Notes under the pieces: model-generated
Told to the model about the DNA's origin: nothing
Databases searched by the model: none
What the model saw: the letters and a program-made list of their open reading frames with translations, nothing else
Made by a program: the position numbers and the translations under genes
In this document: in pieces, positions 30,435-41,317 of the stretch
Layout of the letters: the number at the start of each line of letters is the position of its first letter
Numbering within the stretch: position 1 is the first letter of the stretch
Source: Thauera sp.
Lineage (GTDB): Bacteria; Pseudomonadota; Gammaproteobacteria; Burkholderiales; Rhodocyclaceae
Length of the DNA stretch: 47,897 nucleotides
Direction of reading: 5' to 3'
Assembly (NCBI GenBank): GCA_040275625.1
Contig: JBEOKH010000291.1
Location: 1 to 47,897 of the forward strand

Positions 30435-31894
30435 CTTTCGGCGCGCAGGCTGACGTAGGACGTGGCCTGCGCACGTGCGACCAGCAGGGTCACCTGCTGC
30501 GCGGGCGCGAGTGCGGCGGCCAGGCCCTCGAAATCTTCCAGGCGGTCGAGCTTGACCTGGCGCCCACCAGCGACCAGCGCGAGCACCACATCGCCGGGCA
30601 CGATCTCCGAGCGCGCGGCCGCGCCGACCACGCGCTGCACGACCAGCCCGTGGGTAATGTTCCGCTCGCGGCGCTGCTGCGCGGTCGGCGCCGCCAGTTC
30701 GAGCCCGAGCCGATTGCTCGCGCCCGCGGCCCCGGATACTGCGTCTTGTACAGGTTCTTCCTCCGGATCACGCCACTCGCCCACCGCCACCGTCAACGCG
30801 CGCGGCGCCCCGTCGCGGAAAATATCGACAGCCACCTTGCTGCCGGGCTGGGCCGCGGCGACGATGCGCGGCAGATCGGCCGAGTTCTCCACGCTGCGAC
30901 CGTTGAAGCGCACGATCACGTCGCCCTGCTCCACACCGCCGATCGCCGCCGGGCTATTGGCCTCGACGCTGCTCACGAGTGCACCGGCCGCACGCGGCAG
31001 ACCGAAGCTGTCGGCGAGGTCGCGGGTGATTTCCTGGATCGCCACGCCGATGCGCCCGCGCTCCACCCTGCCCTTGGTACGCAACTGCTGCTGCACGTCC
31101 ATGGCGACATCGATCGGGATCGCGAACGACAGCCCCATGAAGCCACCGGTGCGGCTGTAGATCTGCGAGTTGATGCCGATCACCTCGCCACGAAGATTGA
31201 ACAGCGGCCCGCCCGAGTTGCCCGGGTTGATCGCCACGTCGGTCTGGATGAAGGGCACGAAATTTTCGTCGGGCAGGCTGCGACCCTTGGCACTGACGAT
31301 GCCCGCGGTGACCGATTGCTCGAACCCGAACGGCGAACCGATCGCCAGCACCCACTCGCCGACCGACAAGGCCTCGGGATCGCCGAGCACCACATGCGGC
31401 AGGCTGCTCGCCTCAATGCGGATCAGCGCAACGTCGCTGCGCGCATCGGCACCGATCACGGTGGCGTCGAACTCACGCTTGTCGGCGAGGCGCACCATGA
31501 TGCGTTCGGCCTCCTCGACGACGTGGGCGTTGGTGAGGATGTAGCCGTCGGGACTGATGATGAAGCCCGAGCCGAGCGACTTGTCGTCCGGTTCCGCGCC
31601 AGGGTAATCGGGCATGCGCGGCACGAACCGGCGGAAGAAATCGAACATCGGGTCCGACTCGTCGAGTTCGGGCTGTCGGAACGGCTGTTTTTGCGGCGGC
31701 GGACGGACCTGGGTCGCACTGATATTGACCACTGCCGCCCCCTGGCTTGCCACCAGGCGCGTGAAATCTGGCAAGGCCTGCAATTCGGCGGCGCGCGTCA
31801 AAGACCCAGCCAGCATGAGCGCGACGAAGCCGGACCACAGGGCGAACAGATAAATTCTGCTCGAGGCGGAGCGAGCGCTGTGCGCGGGGATCAT
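30431..31894 (-). CDS. mucD: DegP/DegQ (MucD-type) periplasmic serine endoprotease
   Basis: GSGFII, TNAHV, INPGNSGGP, PDZ domains; follows rseC. Confidence 0.9.
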   Translation of the reverse strand: MIPAHSARSASSRIYLFALWSGFVALMLAGSLTRAAELQALPDFTRLVASQGAAVVNISATQVRPPPQKQPFRQPELDESDPMFDFFRRFVPRMPDYPGAEPDDKSLGSGFIISPDGYILTNAHVVEEAERIMVRLADKREFDATVIGADARSDVALIRIEASSLPHVVLGDPEALSVGEWVLAIGSPFGFEQSVTAGIVSAKGRSLPDENFVPFIQTDVAINPGNSGGPLFNLRGEVIGINSQIYSRTGGFMGLSFAIPIDVAMDVQQQLRTKGRVERGRIGVAIQEITRDLADSFGLPRAAGALVSSVEANSPAAIGGVEQGDVIVRFNGRSVENSADLPRIVAAAQPGSKVAVDIFRDGAPRALTVAVGEWRDPEEEPVQDAVSGAAGASNRLGLELAAPTAQQRRERNITHGLVVQRVVGAAARSEIVPGDVVLALVAGGRQVKLDRLEDFEGLAAALAPAQQVTLLVARAQATSYVSLRAER

Positions 31895-32361
31895 TGCAGG
31901 ACCTGCAACCGCCTGCTGCAATCGCCCTCGGGCGCGAGTTCCATGTGCAGGCGCTGACGCCACGCACGGCTGCGCGGCAACACGCGATTGATGCCCCACG
32001 CCAGCGCTAGCCCGGCAACACCGCCGCCCAACGCGAACGCATCTCCATGCGTCGGCGCCCCGACCATGCTGCCGAGCGCAGCGCCGGTCACGAGCAGGAA
32101 TGTCGCCAGCCCGTAGCTGACCAGCGCCGCACGCAAGGGCGCACCGTCGGGGATGCTGATCACCACCGTGTCACCGGCCGCGAAGCGCTCGTCGACCGGC
32201 AGCACGAACTCCCCCTGCGTCATGCCGAAGATCTGGCCGATCTGCACCGAGCCGCAGCCACCGGGTTCGTCGCAGCGCCCGCAGCCACCCTGCTTGCCTG
32301 TGGGCACGAGCCAGGCCTGACCGTTTTCGACTCGCAGGATCCGCGCTCGCGCTTCCATCAT
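31891..32361 (-). CDS. rseC: RseC/MucC family protein
   Basis: CGRC...GC motif, C-terminal TMs, ATGA coupling with rseB. Confidence 0.85.
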   Translation of the reverse strand: MMEARARILRVENGQAWLVPTGKQGGCGRCDEPGGCGSVQIGQIFGMTQGEFVLPVDERFAAGDTVVISIPDGAPLRAALVSYGLATFLLVTGAALGSMVGAPTHGDAFALGGGVAGLALAWGINRVLPRSRAWRQRLHMELAPEGDCSRRLQVLQ

Positions 32362-33326
32362 CGCGTCACCGCCTTGATGCCATCGCCGATCCGGCGCACG
32401 GCGGCCTCGGGTGCCTCGCCGAGCGCAGTCACCAAATGGGCGCCGACCGCACGCTTGTAAATGTTGATCGCCCCGTTCGATACCGCCCCGAGTCCCGTCC
32501 GAGCGCCATCTCCGACCGGTTCGACGAACACCGAGATCGCCGCGAGGCCGTCGCTGAACACCATGTGCACCGCTTCGCCGCGGTCGCGCCCAAGCGGACG
32601 CTTGACGACCGAGGTCAGGCTGTAGCCGGGCACGGCGGGGTCGAGCAGCCACCCCACCGAATCGAGCGCCACCGAGTTGCCCCGCGCATTGACGACTCTC
32701 CAGCCCTCGCCCATTTCGAAGCGCGACTCGAGCAGGGCCCCGTCCACCTCGCCGCCGATGCGCACATCGCTGAAACTGAACTGCTCGATCACCCCACCGT
32801 GCTGATCCACCGTACGCGACTTGAGCAACAAGCCGGAATGAACCTCCGCCCACAGGATGTGGCCGTAGCGCAAATCGTCCTTCGGCTCGAGCACCAGGGA
32901 CTGCGCCTCAAACCCGGCCACGCGACCCATGTCGCCCTTGCGGACACGGTAGTTCTCGGCCAAACCAGTCAGCGACACCGGCACACGCGCAGGAAACGCC
33001 CGCCGCCCCTGCGTCTCATCGATGATCACCGTGCGTTCGTCGGGCAGCACACAGCGCACCTCCGTGCCACGGCGGATGATCTCGCGCGGACTGCCGTCGA
33101 GCACTTCCAGCCGTTCGTACTCCCCACCCGCATCGACACGGTGCGCAATGCGTGAGGTCTCGACGTGCGCGCCGGACTGATACATGAACGTCCCGACGTA
33201 ATTGAGCTGCTGCCCGGCGGTGGAAATCCGTCCCAGCCAGGACAAAGGATCGGTCGGGTGCTCTGCAAGCGCCGGCGCCTGCGCCAGGAAGGCACACAGC
33301 CCCAGCACGGCGAAGAACAACCTCAT
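32358..33326 (-). CDS. rseB: Sigma-E regulatory protein RseB/MucB
   Basis: LNYVGTF, ERLEVLDG, FSDGLAAISVF, LGEAP; operon position. Confidence 0.92.
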   Translation of the reverse strand: MRLFFAVLGLCAFLAQAPALAEHPTDPLSWLGRISTAGQQLNYVGTFMYQSGAHVETSRIAHRVDAGGEYERLEVLDGSPREIIRRGTEVRCVLPDERTVIIDETQGRRAFPARVPVSLTGLAENYRVRKGDMGRVAGFEAQSLVLEPKDDLRYGHILWAEVHSGLLLKSRTVDQHGGVIEQFSFSDVRIGGEVDGALLESRFEMGEGWRVVNARGNSVALDSVGWLLDPAVPGYSLTSVVKRPLGRDRGEAVHMVFSDGLAAISVFVEPVGDGARTGLGAVSNGAINIYKRAVGAHLVTALGEAPEAAVRRIGDGIKAVTR

Positions 33327-33862
33327 CGGTCCGCACCCTCGCTCGTATCGGCCACCGTGCGGATGTATTGCACGCCGGCCGGCATGGGGCCGCCGCGCGA
33401 CAGCCCCTGGTGCGCCAGCAGATACTCGCGCATCGGGTCCGCAGCCGGCGCGGCGGCCGGGCGGACGCCGGCAGCATTCACCAACTGGACCTGCGCACTG
33501 CCGGCGGCAAGTTGCGGCGCCGGCGCTTCCTGGCGATACAGGCTCGCTGCGACCAAGCCCACTGCAGCCACCCCCATCACCGAGGCTGCAATCGGCAGCA
33601 GGCGTTGCGCCAGACCTCGTTGCGTCGCACCGGATGGCGCGCTGCGCGGCGTGAGCACAGTCGGCTCACCATCCAGTCCGGCCATCACACGTGCGACGAA
33701 ATCGGGCGACCCCGCGCGGTCGCCGCGCAGCGTGTCGCCGATCATGCAGTACGTCCCCCATTGCGCGCGCAACGAACTATCACGCCGCATCGCATCGAAG
33801 ACGCTTCGCATGCACTGATCGTCGAGGTCTCCGTCGAGCAGCGCCGACACTTTGTCCTTCAT
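33323..33862 (-). CDS. rseA: Anti-sigma-E factor RseA/MucA
   Basis: VSALLDGDL..W..Y.MIGDTLRG, one TM, EYLLAH. Confidence 0.9.
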   Translation of the reverse strand: MKDKVSALLDGDLDDQCMRSVFDAMRRDSSLRAQWGTYCMIGDTLRGDRAGSPDFVARVMAGLDGEPTVLTPRSAPSGATQRGLAQRLLPIAASVMGVAAVGLVAASLYRQEAPAPQLAAGSAQVQLVNAAGVRPAAAPAADPMREYLLAHQGLSRGGPMPAGVQYIRTVADTSEGADR

Positions 33863-33870
33863 GCTTGCAC

Positions 33871-34470
33871 CTACCAACGTTTGTCCGGGGCCGTATCGAG
33901 CAGGGGCCGCAGACGTTCTGCTATCGATTCACGCGCACGGAAGATCCGCGAGCGCACCGTGCCTATCGGGCATTCCATGATGCCGGCGATCTCCTCGTAG
34001 CTGAGCCCTTCGAGCTCGCGCAACATGATCGCCGTCCTCAGTTCCTCCGGCAGAGCGGCCATCGCATTCTCGACGGTTTCCCCAATCTGACGCGTCATCA
34101 GCAGCCGTTCGGGCGTGTTGATGTCGCGCAGCTGATCGCCGTCCTCGAAGGTTTCCGCCTCCTCGGAGTCGAAACTCGTCGAAGTCGGTGCCCTGCGCCC
34201 TTGCGAGACGAGGTAATTCTTTGCCGTGTTGATGCCAATGCGATAAAGCCAGGTGTAAAACGCACTGTCACCCCGGAACGAGCCCAGCGCTCGATAAGCC
34301 TTGATGAAGGTCTCTTGCGCAACGTCCTCGACTTCTGCCGGGTCGCGGATCAACCGCGATAGCAGCCGATTCAGCTTGCGCTGGTACTTGGATACCAGCA
34401 GCCCGAATGCCTGCTTGTCGCCGCGTTGGACACGCTCGACGAGTTGCTGATCGAGTTCCCGATCGCTCAT
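33871..34470 (-). CDS. rpoE: RNA polymerase sigma factor RpoE
   Basis: DQQLVERVQRGDKQAF, FYTWLYRI, CPIGTVRSRIFRARE. Confidence 0.97.
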   Translation of the reverse strand: MSDRELDQQLVERVQRGDKQAFGLLVSKYQRKLNRLLSRLIRDPAEVEDVAQETFIKAYRALGSFRGDSAFYTWLYRIGINTAKNYLVSQGRRAPTSTSFDSEEAETFEDGDQLRDINTPERLLMTRQIGETVENAMAALPEELRTAIMLRELEGLSYEEIAGIMECPIGTVRSRIFRARESIAERLRPLLDTAPDKRW

Positions 34471-34705
34471 GTGATCCTGTTGACTCCGGGAGTGCGGAAT
34501 AAATGAAGTTCCCGGATTATAAGCGACCGGCCTGCGCCTTCAGCACAAATCGAATACAACGAAACAGACACGGGGCACCGCAAATAGTTCAGAGACCTTC
34601 CCCGCCCATCGCGCACGAATGCGCTCGCCACCTGCGCTTGCGGTCTTGGGCACCTGTCACCACATGCTATATTTGTTCTCCTGCAAAATCTGCCCGAGCG
34701 ACATC

Positions 34706-36307
34706 TTGCTGAAACAGTACGACGTACTCATCCTTGGCAGCGGCACCGCCGGCCAATCGATCGCGCTCCGGCTCGCCGACCGCCTTCGCGTTGCACTCGT
34801 GACCAAGCGCGAACTGGCAGACAGCGCCAGCAACTGGGCGCAGGGCGGCATCGCCGCGGTGCTCGACAACGCCGACAGCATCGAAGCGCACATCCAGGAC
34901 ACCTTTGTCGCCGGCGCGGGTCTGTGCAATCCTGAATCGACCCGTTTCGTGGTCGAGAACGGCAAGCGTGCGATCGAGTGGCTGATTGACCGCGGCGTCC
35001 CATTCACCCGCGAGGCCGACTCTCAACTCGGTTATCACCTCACCCGCGAGGGCGGCCACTCGCACCGTCGCATCATCCACGCCGCCGACGCAACCGGTGC
35101 AGCGGTGCAGGCCACGCTCGGCGATCATGTACGTCGACATCCGAACATCGACATCTACGAGCACCACATCGCGATCGACCTGATCACCGGCGACAAGGTC
35201 GGCGAGCACGGTGCCGGCTGCCTCGGCGCCTACGTGCTCAACATCGAGTCGGAACAGGTTGTCACCTTCGCCGCGCCCAACACCGTGCTGGCCACAGGCG
35301 GCACCGGCAAGGTGTACTTGTATACAACCAACCCCGATGTGGCGACCGGTGACGGCGTGGCGATGGCCTGGCGCGCCGGCTGTCGGGTTGCCAACATGGA
35401 ATTCATCCAGTTCCACCCCACCTGCCTGTACCACCCCCAGGCAAAATCCTTCCTGATCTCCGAGGCGGTGCGCGGCGAAGGTGGACTGCTCAAGCTGCCC
35501 GACGGCAGCCGCTTCATGCCCGAGCACGATCCACGCGAAGAACTCGCGCCGCGCGACATCGTGGCAAGAGCGATCGACTTCGAGATGAAGAAACGCGGCA
35601 TCGACTGCGTCTACCTCGACATCAGCCACAAGCCCGCCGACTGGCTGCGCGGCCATTTCCCAAACATCCACGCACGCTGCCTCGAGTTGGGCATCGACAT
35701 CACCAGGGAACCGATCCCGGTAGTGCCCGCCGCACACTACTCCTGCGGTGGCATCGTCACCGATCTTGCCGCGCGCACTGATGTACCCGGCCTCTACTCG
35801 GTCGGTGAATCCGCGTGTACGGGCCTGCACGGCGCCAATCGCCTGGCGAGCAACTCCTTGCTCGAATGCCTGGTGTTCGGCGAGGCGGCAGCCAATGACA
35901 TCCTGTCCAAGCCCCATCAGCCCGCGCCGGTGTTGCCGGCCTGGGACGAAAGCCGCGTCACCGATGCCGACGAGGAAGTGGTGATCTCGCACAACTGGGC
36001 GGAACTGCGTCGCTTCATGTGGGACTACGTCGGCATCGTGCGCACCAACAAGCGCCTGCGCCGTGCGCAGCACCGCATTCGTCTGCTCTCGAGGGAGATC
36101 CATGAGTTTTACTCGAATTTCCGCGTCAGCAACGACTTGATCGAGCTGCGCAACCTGGTAACCACCGCCGACCTGATCGTGCGCTGCGCGCTCAAGCGCA
36201 AGGAAAGCCGCGGCCTGCACCACTCGAGCGACTATCCTGAAACCCTGGCGCGCGCACGCGACACGATTCTGCGTCCTCCACCGGCGAAGCCGCGCCGGAA
36301 CGCGTGA
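34706..36307 (+). CDS. nadB: L-aspartate oxidase
   Basis: [38 protein letters not shown]; divergent from rpoE. TTG start at 34706 is inferred. Confidence 0.95.
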   Translation: MLKQYDVLILGSGTAGQSIALRLADRLRVALVTKRELADSASNWAQGGIAAVLDNADSIEAHIQDTFVAGAGLCNPESTRFVVENGKRAIEWLIDRGVPFTREADSQLGYHLTREGGHSHRRIIHAADATGAAVQATLGDHVRRHPNIDIYEHHIAIDLITGDKVGEHGAGCLGAYVLNIESEQVVTFAAPNTVLATGGTGKVYLYTTNPDVATGDGVAMAWRAGCRVANMEFIQFHPTCLYHPQAKSFLISEAVRGEGGLLKLPDGSRFMPEHDPREELAPRDIVARAIDFEMKKRGIDCVYLDISHKPADWLRGHFPNIHARCLELGIDITREPIPVVPAAHYSCGGIVTDLAARTDVPGLYSVGESACTGLHGANRLASNSLLECLVFGEAAANDILSKPHQPAPVLPAWDESRVTDADEEVVISHNWAELRRFMWDYVGIVRTNKRLRRAQHRIRLLSREIHEFYSNFRVSNDLIELRNLVTTADLIVRCALKRKESRGLHHSSDYPETLARARDTILRPPPAKPRRNA

Positions 36308-36453
36308 GCGATAGCCCGGGGCGATCCGGGCGCGGTGAAGCCGACGTTCCGGTTCCCCCGGGCGCTACGCAGACCGTTCGGGGGAGCGGCATGTGCGCGA
36401 AATTGTAGCCTCCTCGCAACCGACGCCCGAAAGGCGCTCGACGCAAACCGCAG

Positions 36454-36948
36454 TCAGGCTGGGTCGGCAGGCCCGCGCGTGCGCCCGCCACGATGCAGCA
36501 ACCAGGCGCGCAAAAGTCGAAAACCGTCTCGGCCAAGGTTGTCGGACACCAGCATCAGTGCCATGCCGCGCCGGCGCAAGAGCGTTTCAGCGACAGCAAG
36601 CGGCCTCACCGCGAACCACACCGCGCCCGACAGCACCACCTGCGAACCTGGTTGCACGTTGAACAGACCATCCAGGGGTCCGCCCTCCCGGCGCAGCTCG
36701 AGTGTGCCATCCTCCTCCAGCCACATCGTGCACCCACGAAGTCGCCGCTGACCCTGCAGGCCATGCGCAAGCGATACGACCAGCAGCGCCCAGCCGAGGG
36801 CAGCGAACAGCCAATCCCCCGCGCCACCGGCGTGAGGCACGAAAGCGTGTACATGAAAAAGCGCCAGTGCAGCCGCAAGATGAGCGACCAGCACTGACGC
36901 CATGATCATTGACGAGGGCTGCAGCCTCAGTTCGACGGGGAACCGCAT
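36454..36948 (-). CDS. Hypothetical membrane protein, YgfX-like
   Basis: L.L.PS N-terminus, 2 TMs, C-terminal SDNL..DGFRLLRAWL; adjacent to nadB. Confidence 0.6.
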   Translation of the reverse strand: MRFPVELRLQPSSMIMASVLVAHLAAALALFHVHAFVPHAGGAGDWLFAALGWALLVVSLAHGLQGQRRLRGCTMWLEEDGTLELRREGGPLDGLFNVQPGSQVVLSGAVWFAVRPLAVAETLLRRRGMALMLVSDNLGRDGFRLLRAWLLHRGGRTRGPADPA

Positions 36949-36971
36949 GCCGCAGCTATGCCAATCGATCG

Positions 36972-38207
36972 CTACACGCGACGGAAAACCAGCGTACCGT
37001 TAGTGCCGCCGAAGCCGAAGTTGTTCTTCATCGCCACGTCGATCTTCATTTCACGGGCGACGTTGGCGCAATAGTCCAGATCGCACTCGGGGTCCTGCTC
37101 AAAGATGTTGATCGTCGGCGGGGAGATCTGGTTGTACACCGCAAGCACAGAAAACACCGACTCCAGGCCGCCCGCGCCGCCCAGCAGGTGACCGGTCATC
37201 GACTTGGTCGAATTTACCACCAGCTTCCTCGCGGTATCGACACCGAAGGCGAGCTTGATCGCATCGGTCTCGTTCTTGTCGCCGAGCGGAGTCGAGGTAC
37301 CGTGCGCGTTGAGATACTGCACCTCCTCACCGTTGATGCCGGCATCCTTCATCGCGCTGACCATGCTGCGACGCGGACCATCGGTGTCGGGCGCAGTCAT
37401 GTGATAGGCGTCGCCGCTCATGCCGAAGCCGGCAACCTCGGCGTAAATTTTCGCACCGCGGCGCTTCGCGTGCTCATATTCCTCGAGCACCATCACACCG
37501 GCGCCTTCGCCGAGCACAAAGCCATCGCGATCCTTGTCCCATGGACGACTGGCGGTTGCCGGATCATCGTTGCGGGTGGACAAGGCCTTGGCGGATGCGA
37601 AGCCGCCGATGGCGAGGTTGGTCACCGTCGACTCCGAACCGCCACACACCATCACGTCGGCATCACCATAGCCGATCATGCGCGCACTCATGCCAATCGC
37701 ATGCAAGCCGGTCGTACACGCTGTGACCACCGCCAGGTTGGGCCCTTTCATCCCGAACATGATCGACAGGTTGCCCGAGATCATGTTGATGATGGTGCCC
37801 GGAATGAAGAAAGGCGAAATCTTGCGCGGACCACCGCCAAGAAAATCGTTGTGGGTTTCCTCGATCATCGGCAGGCCACCGATGCCCGAGCCGATGTTGA
37901 TGCCGATGCGATCGGCGTTGGCATCGGTGACTTCGATGCCGGAGTCGCGGATGGCCTGAATGCCGGCTGCCATGCCGTAATGGATGAACACATCCATGCG
38001 GCGCGCCTCCTTGGCGGACAGGTAGGCCGACACGTCGAAACCCTTCACCTCGCCGGCGATGCGGGAGGCGAAATTGCTGGCGTCGAAGCGGGTGATCGGG
38101 CCGATGCCGCTCTTGCCAGCAACCAGATTTGCCCACGCTTCGGAAACAGTATTGCCGACCGGCGAGATCACGCCCAGACCGGTGACCACGACTCTACGAC
38201 GCGACAC
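36972..38207 (-). CDS. fabF: Beta-ketoacyl-ACP synthase II
   Basis: GTG start with GGAG RBS; RRVVVTG, TACTTG, NAHGTST, KSMTGHLLG, NFGFGG. Confidence 0.96.
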   Translation of the reverse strand: MSRRRVVVTGLGVISPVGNTVSEAWANLVAGKSGIGPITRFDASNFASRIAGEVKGFDVSAYLSAKEARRMDVFIHYGMAAGIQAIRDSGIEVTDANADRIGINIGSGIGGLPMIEETHNDFLGGGPRKISPFFIPGTIINMISGNLSIMFGMKGPNLAVVTACTTGLHAIGMSARMIGYGDADVMVCGGSESTVTNLAIGGFASAKALSTRNDDPATASRPWDKDRDGFVLGEGAGVMVLEEYEHAKRRGAKIYAEVAGFGMSGDAYHMTAPDTDGPRRSMVSAMKDAGINGEEVQYLNAHGTSTPLGDKNETDAIKLAFGVDTARKLVVNSTKSMTGHLLGGAGGLESVFSVLAVYNQISPPTINIFEQDPECDLDYCANVAREMKIDVAMKNNFGFGGTNGTLVFRRV

Positions 38208-38307
38208 AGGCAACTCCGTTGAAATCGTTTGGGAGAACTGAACCCGTCCGGCCACCGCAGTGATCTGCGGGACCCGGACAGGGCGCGCAGTAACAGCGCG
38301 CGAATGC

Positions 38308-38547
38308 TTACTTCTTGAGGTGGGCGTTGACGTAGTCGATCGCCTGCTGGACGGTGGTGATCTTCTCGGCTTCTTCGTCCGGGATCTCGCACTCGAACTC
38401 TTCTTCCAGCGCCATGACCAGTTCCACGGTGTCCAGCGAATCCGCGCCCAGATCATCGACGAACGAAGACTCGGTCTTGATCTCCGATTCGTTCACGCCA
38501 AGTTGCTCAGCGACGATCTTCTTGACGCGCTGTTCGATGTTCTCCAT
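38308..38547 (-). CDS. acpP: Acyl carrier protein
   Basis: [20 protein letters not shown]. Confidence 0.98.
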   Translation of the reverse strand: MENIEQRVKKIVAEQLGVNESEIKTESSFVDDLGADSLDTVELVMALEEEFECEIPDEEAEKITTVQQAIDYVNAHLKK

Positions 38548-38595
38548 GAACCAACTCCTTCCTGAGGGTGACAGGTGAATGTAAAAAGCCGGCGT

Positions 38596-38604
38596 ATTCT
38601 ACCA
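38596..38604 (-). promoter_or_regulatory. Possible extended -10 promoter for acpP
   Basis: TGGTAGAAT about 50 bp upstream of acpP. Confidence 0.45.
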
Positions 38605-38635
38605 AAACGCCGCGGAACCGCTATCCTGACGCGAG

Positions 38636-39385
38636 TCAGGACATGTACATGCCACCGTTCACGTGCAGGGTGGTGCCCGTCACGTAAGCAGCAGCAGGGG
38701 ATGCGAGGAACGCCACGGCGCCGGCGATTTCTTCCGGACGGCCGAGTCGACCCAGCGCGATGTTGCCGAGCAGGGCGTCGCGTGCCGCATCGGGCAACGC
38801 GCGCGTCATGTCGGTGTCGATGAAACCGGGCGCCACGCAGTTAACGGTGATGTTGCGGCTACCGAGCTCACGCGCCAGCGCGCGCGTCATCCCGGCTACG
38901 CCCGCTTTGGCTGCCGCGTAATTGGCCTGGCCCGGGTTGCCGGAGCTCGCGACCACCGAGGTGATGTTGATGATGCGGCCAGCACGCCCCTTCATCATGC
39001 CGCGCATGACCAGCTTGCACATGCGGAAGACGGCGCGCAGATTGGTGTCGATCACGGCATCCCACTCCTCGTCCTTCATGCGCAGGGCAAGGTTGTCGCG
39101 AGTGATGCCGGCGTTGTTCACCAGGATGCCGATGGCGCCGAATTGCTTCTCGACCTCTCCGGCGAGTGCCTCGCAGGCAGCCGCGTCAGTGACGTCCAGC
39201 GCCCTGCCCTCGCCCTTGATGCCGGCCTCGGCCAGCGCCTTGCCGATGTCGGCCGCACCCGATTCCGAGGTGGCGGTGCCGACCACGGTCGCACCGAGCC
39301 GGCCGAGTTCGAGCGCCACCGCACGGCCGATGCCGCGCGACGCACCAGTGACCAGAGCGATCTGCCCGCCGAGCGAAAAACTCAT
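38636..39385 (-). CDS. fabG: 3-oxoacyl-ACP reductase
   Basis: TGASRGIG, NNAGITRD, YAAAK. Confidence 0.97.
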   Translation of the reverse strand: MSFSLGGQIALVTGASRGIGRAVALELGRLGATVVGTATSESGAADIGKALAEAGIKGEGRALDVTDAAACEALAGEVEKQFGAIGILVNNAGITRDNLALRMKDEEWDAVIDTNLRAVFRMCKLVMRGMMKGRAGRIINITSVVASSGNPGQANYAAAKAGVAGMTRALARELGSRNITVNCVAPGFIDTDMTRALPDAARDALLGNIALGRLGRPEEIAGAVAFLASPAAAYVTGTTLHVNGGMYMS

Positions 39386-39390
39386 CGTAA

Positions 39391-40320
39391 TTACCTCACC
39401 GCCGCAATGGCTTGTTCGAGACTCGCCGCATCGTGCGCCGAGCCACCTTCGACGTCCTTGGCGATGCGTTTGGTCATGCCTGCCAGAACCTTGCCCGGAC
39501 CGCATTCGATCACGTGGCTCAAGCCGCAGCCGGCCATCGCCTGCACCAGCTCGATCCAGCGCACAGGAGAATACGCCTGACGCACCAAGGCATCGCGGAT
39601 TTTTTCCGGCTCATCGTACACCGCGACGTCGACGTTATTGATGACGTCGATCTTCGGCGTGCCGATCGTAACGCCGGCGAGGCGCTCGGCCAGCCGCTCC
39701 GCGGCCGGACGCATCAGCGCGCAGTGAAAAGGCGCCGACACCGGCAGCAGCACGGCGCGTTTAGCCCCCCTGGCCTTGGCGATCTCACTCGCGCGCTCGA
39801 CCGCTGCCCTGGCGCCGGCGATCACGATCTGACCGGGCGCATTCACGTTGGCGGCCTCGACCACCTGGCCCTGCGCCGCTTCCGCACAGGCCTCGCGCAC
39901 CGCGTCGGCCTCCAGTCCCATCACGGCAGCCATCGCGCCCTCGCCGGCCGGCACGGCCTCCTGCATCGCCTGGGCGCGAAAGCGCACCAGCGGCACCGCA
40001 TCCGTGAACGCCATCGCCTCCGCAGCGACGAGCGCCGAATATTCGCCCAGGCTGTGGCCGGCGACCATCGCCGGCTTTGCGCCGCCGGCAGCGCGCCAGG
40101 CGCGCCACGCCGCGACACCGGCGGTGAGCATCAGTGGCTGAGTATTGACGGTCAGCGCCAGGCGCTCGGCCGGGCCGTCGCACACCATCGCCCACAAGTC
40201 CTCTCCGAGCGCCTCAGACGCCTCGGCGAAGGTGTCACGGATCACGGACGATTCGCCGTAGGCTGCCATCATGCCGACCGCCTGCGAACCCTGGCCGGGA
40301 AAAACCAGCGCAAAAGCCAT
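39391..40320 (-). CDS. fabD: Malonyl-CoA:ACP transacylase
   Basis: FPGQGSQ, GHSLGEY, VSAPFH. Confidence 0.97.
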   Translation of the reverse strand: MAFALVFPGQGSQAVGMMAAYGESSVIRDTFAEASEALGEDLWAMVCDGPAERLALTVNTQPLMLTAGVAAWRAWRAAGGAKPAMVAGHSLGEYSALVAAEAMAFTDAVPLVRFRAQAMQEAVPAGEGAMAAVMGLEADAVREACAEAAQGQVVEAANVNAPGQIVIAGARAAVERASEIAKARGAKRAVLLPVSAPFHCALMRPAAERLAERLAGVTIGTPKIDVINNVDVAVYDEPEKIRDALVRQAYSPVRWIELVQAMAGCGLSHVIECGPGKVLAGMTKRIAKDVEGGSAHDAASLEQAIAAVR

Positions 40321-40351
40321 GCTGCTCTCCGCTTTCAGTAAATGAAGGATG

Positions 40352-41317
40352 TCAGAACTCGATCAGGGCCGCGCCCCAGGTGAAGCCGCCGCCCACCCCT
40401 TCGATCACGATGCGATGCCCCGGGCGCAGCAGGCCAGAGTGCACCGCCTCGTCGAGGGCGAGCGGAATCGACGCCGCCGAGGTGTTGCCGTGGTGGTCGA
40501 GCGTTGTGATCACGCGCTCCATCGGCACCCCGAGCCGCTTCGCGGTAGCCTGGATGATGCGGATGTTGGCCTGATGCGGGATCAGCCAGTCGATGCTGAC
40601 AGCCTCGACACCGGCCTGGTCGAGCACCTCTTTGGCGACATCGCCGAGGACCTTGACCGCAAACTTGAATACCGCCTGCCCATCCATGCGCAGGAAAGGA
40701 TCGCCGATCACCTGACCGGAAGCGACGCCACCAGGCACGCACAGGATCGGGTGGTGGCTGCCGTCGGCGTGCAGTGCGCTGGCGAGGATGCCCGGGCGCT
40801 CGGACGCCTCGAGCACGACCGCACCCGCGCCATCGCCGAACAACACGCAGGTCGCCCGATCGGACCAGTCGAGGATGCGCGAGAACACCTCGGCACCAAT
40901 CACCAGCGCGCGCTTGTGACTGCCGCTGCGAATGAACTTCTCGGCAACGCTGAGCGCATACACGAAACCGCTGCATACCGCCTGCACGTCGAAGGCGGCA
41001 CCACCGTTGCGGATACCGAGCTTGGACTGCACGAGCGCCGCGGTGCTCGGGAAGATGTAGTCGGGCGTGGACGTGGCGACGATGATGAGATCGATGTCCT
41101 CGGGCTCACAGCCTGCGGCCTTGATTGCGCGCTCGGCGGCGAGCTTGGCAAGGTCGCTCGCCCCGGTATCGGCGGCGGCGAGATGTCGACTGCGAATGCC
41201 CGAGCGACTGATGATCCACTCGTCCGAGGTATCGATACCGCGCGCGACGAGATCGTCATTGCTCACCGGCGCGCCCGGCAGATAGCTGCCGGTGCCGACA
41301 ATCCGTGCGTAGATCAT
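40352..41317 (-). CDS. fabH: Beta-ketoacyl-ACP synthase III
   Basis: AVCSGF, PHQAN, GNTSAAS. Confidence 0.97.
   Translation of the reverse strand: MIYARIVGTGSYLPGAPVSNDDLVARGIDTSDEWIISRSGIRSRHLAAADTGASDLAKLAAERAIKAAGCEPEDIDLIIVATSTPDYIFPSTAALVQSKLGIRNGGAAFDVQAVCSGFVYALSVAEKFIRSGSHKRALVIGAEVFSRILDWSDRATCVLFGDGAGAVVLEASERPGILASALHADGSHHPILCVPGGVASGQVIGDPFLRMDGQAVFKFAVKVLGDVAKEVLDQAGVEAVSIDWLIPHQANIRIIQATAKRLGVPMERVITTLDHHGNTSAASIPLALDEAVHSGLLRPGHRIVIEGVGGGFTWGAALIEF

Noticed and set aside
34480-34512. Sigma-E autoregulatory promoter (GGAACTT) upstream of rpoE
   Set aside because: The -35 is good, but the best -10 (GTCAA) is 21 bp away instead of about 16, so I did not call it.
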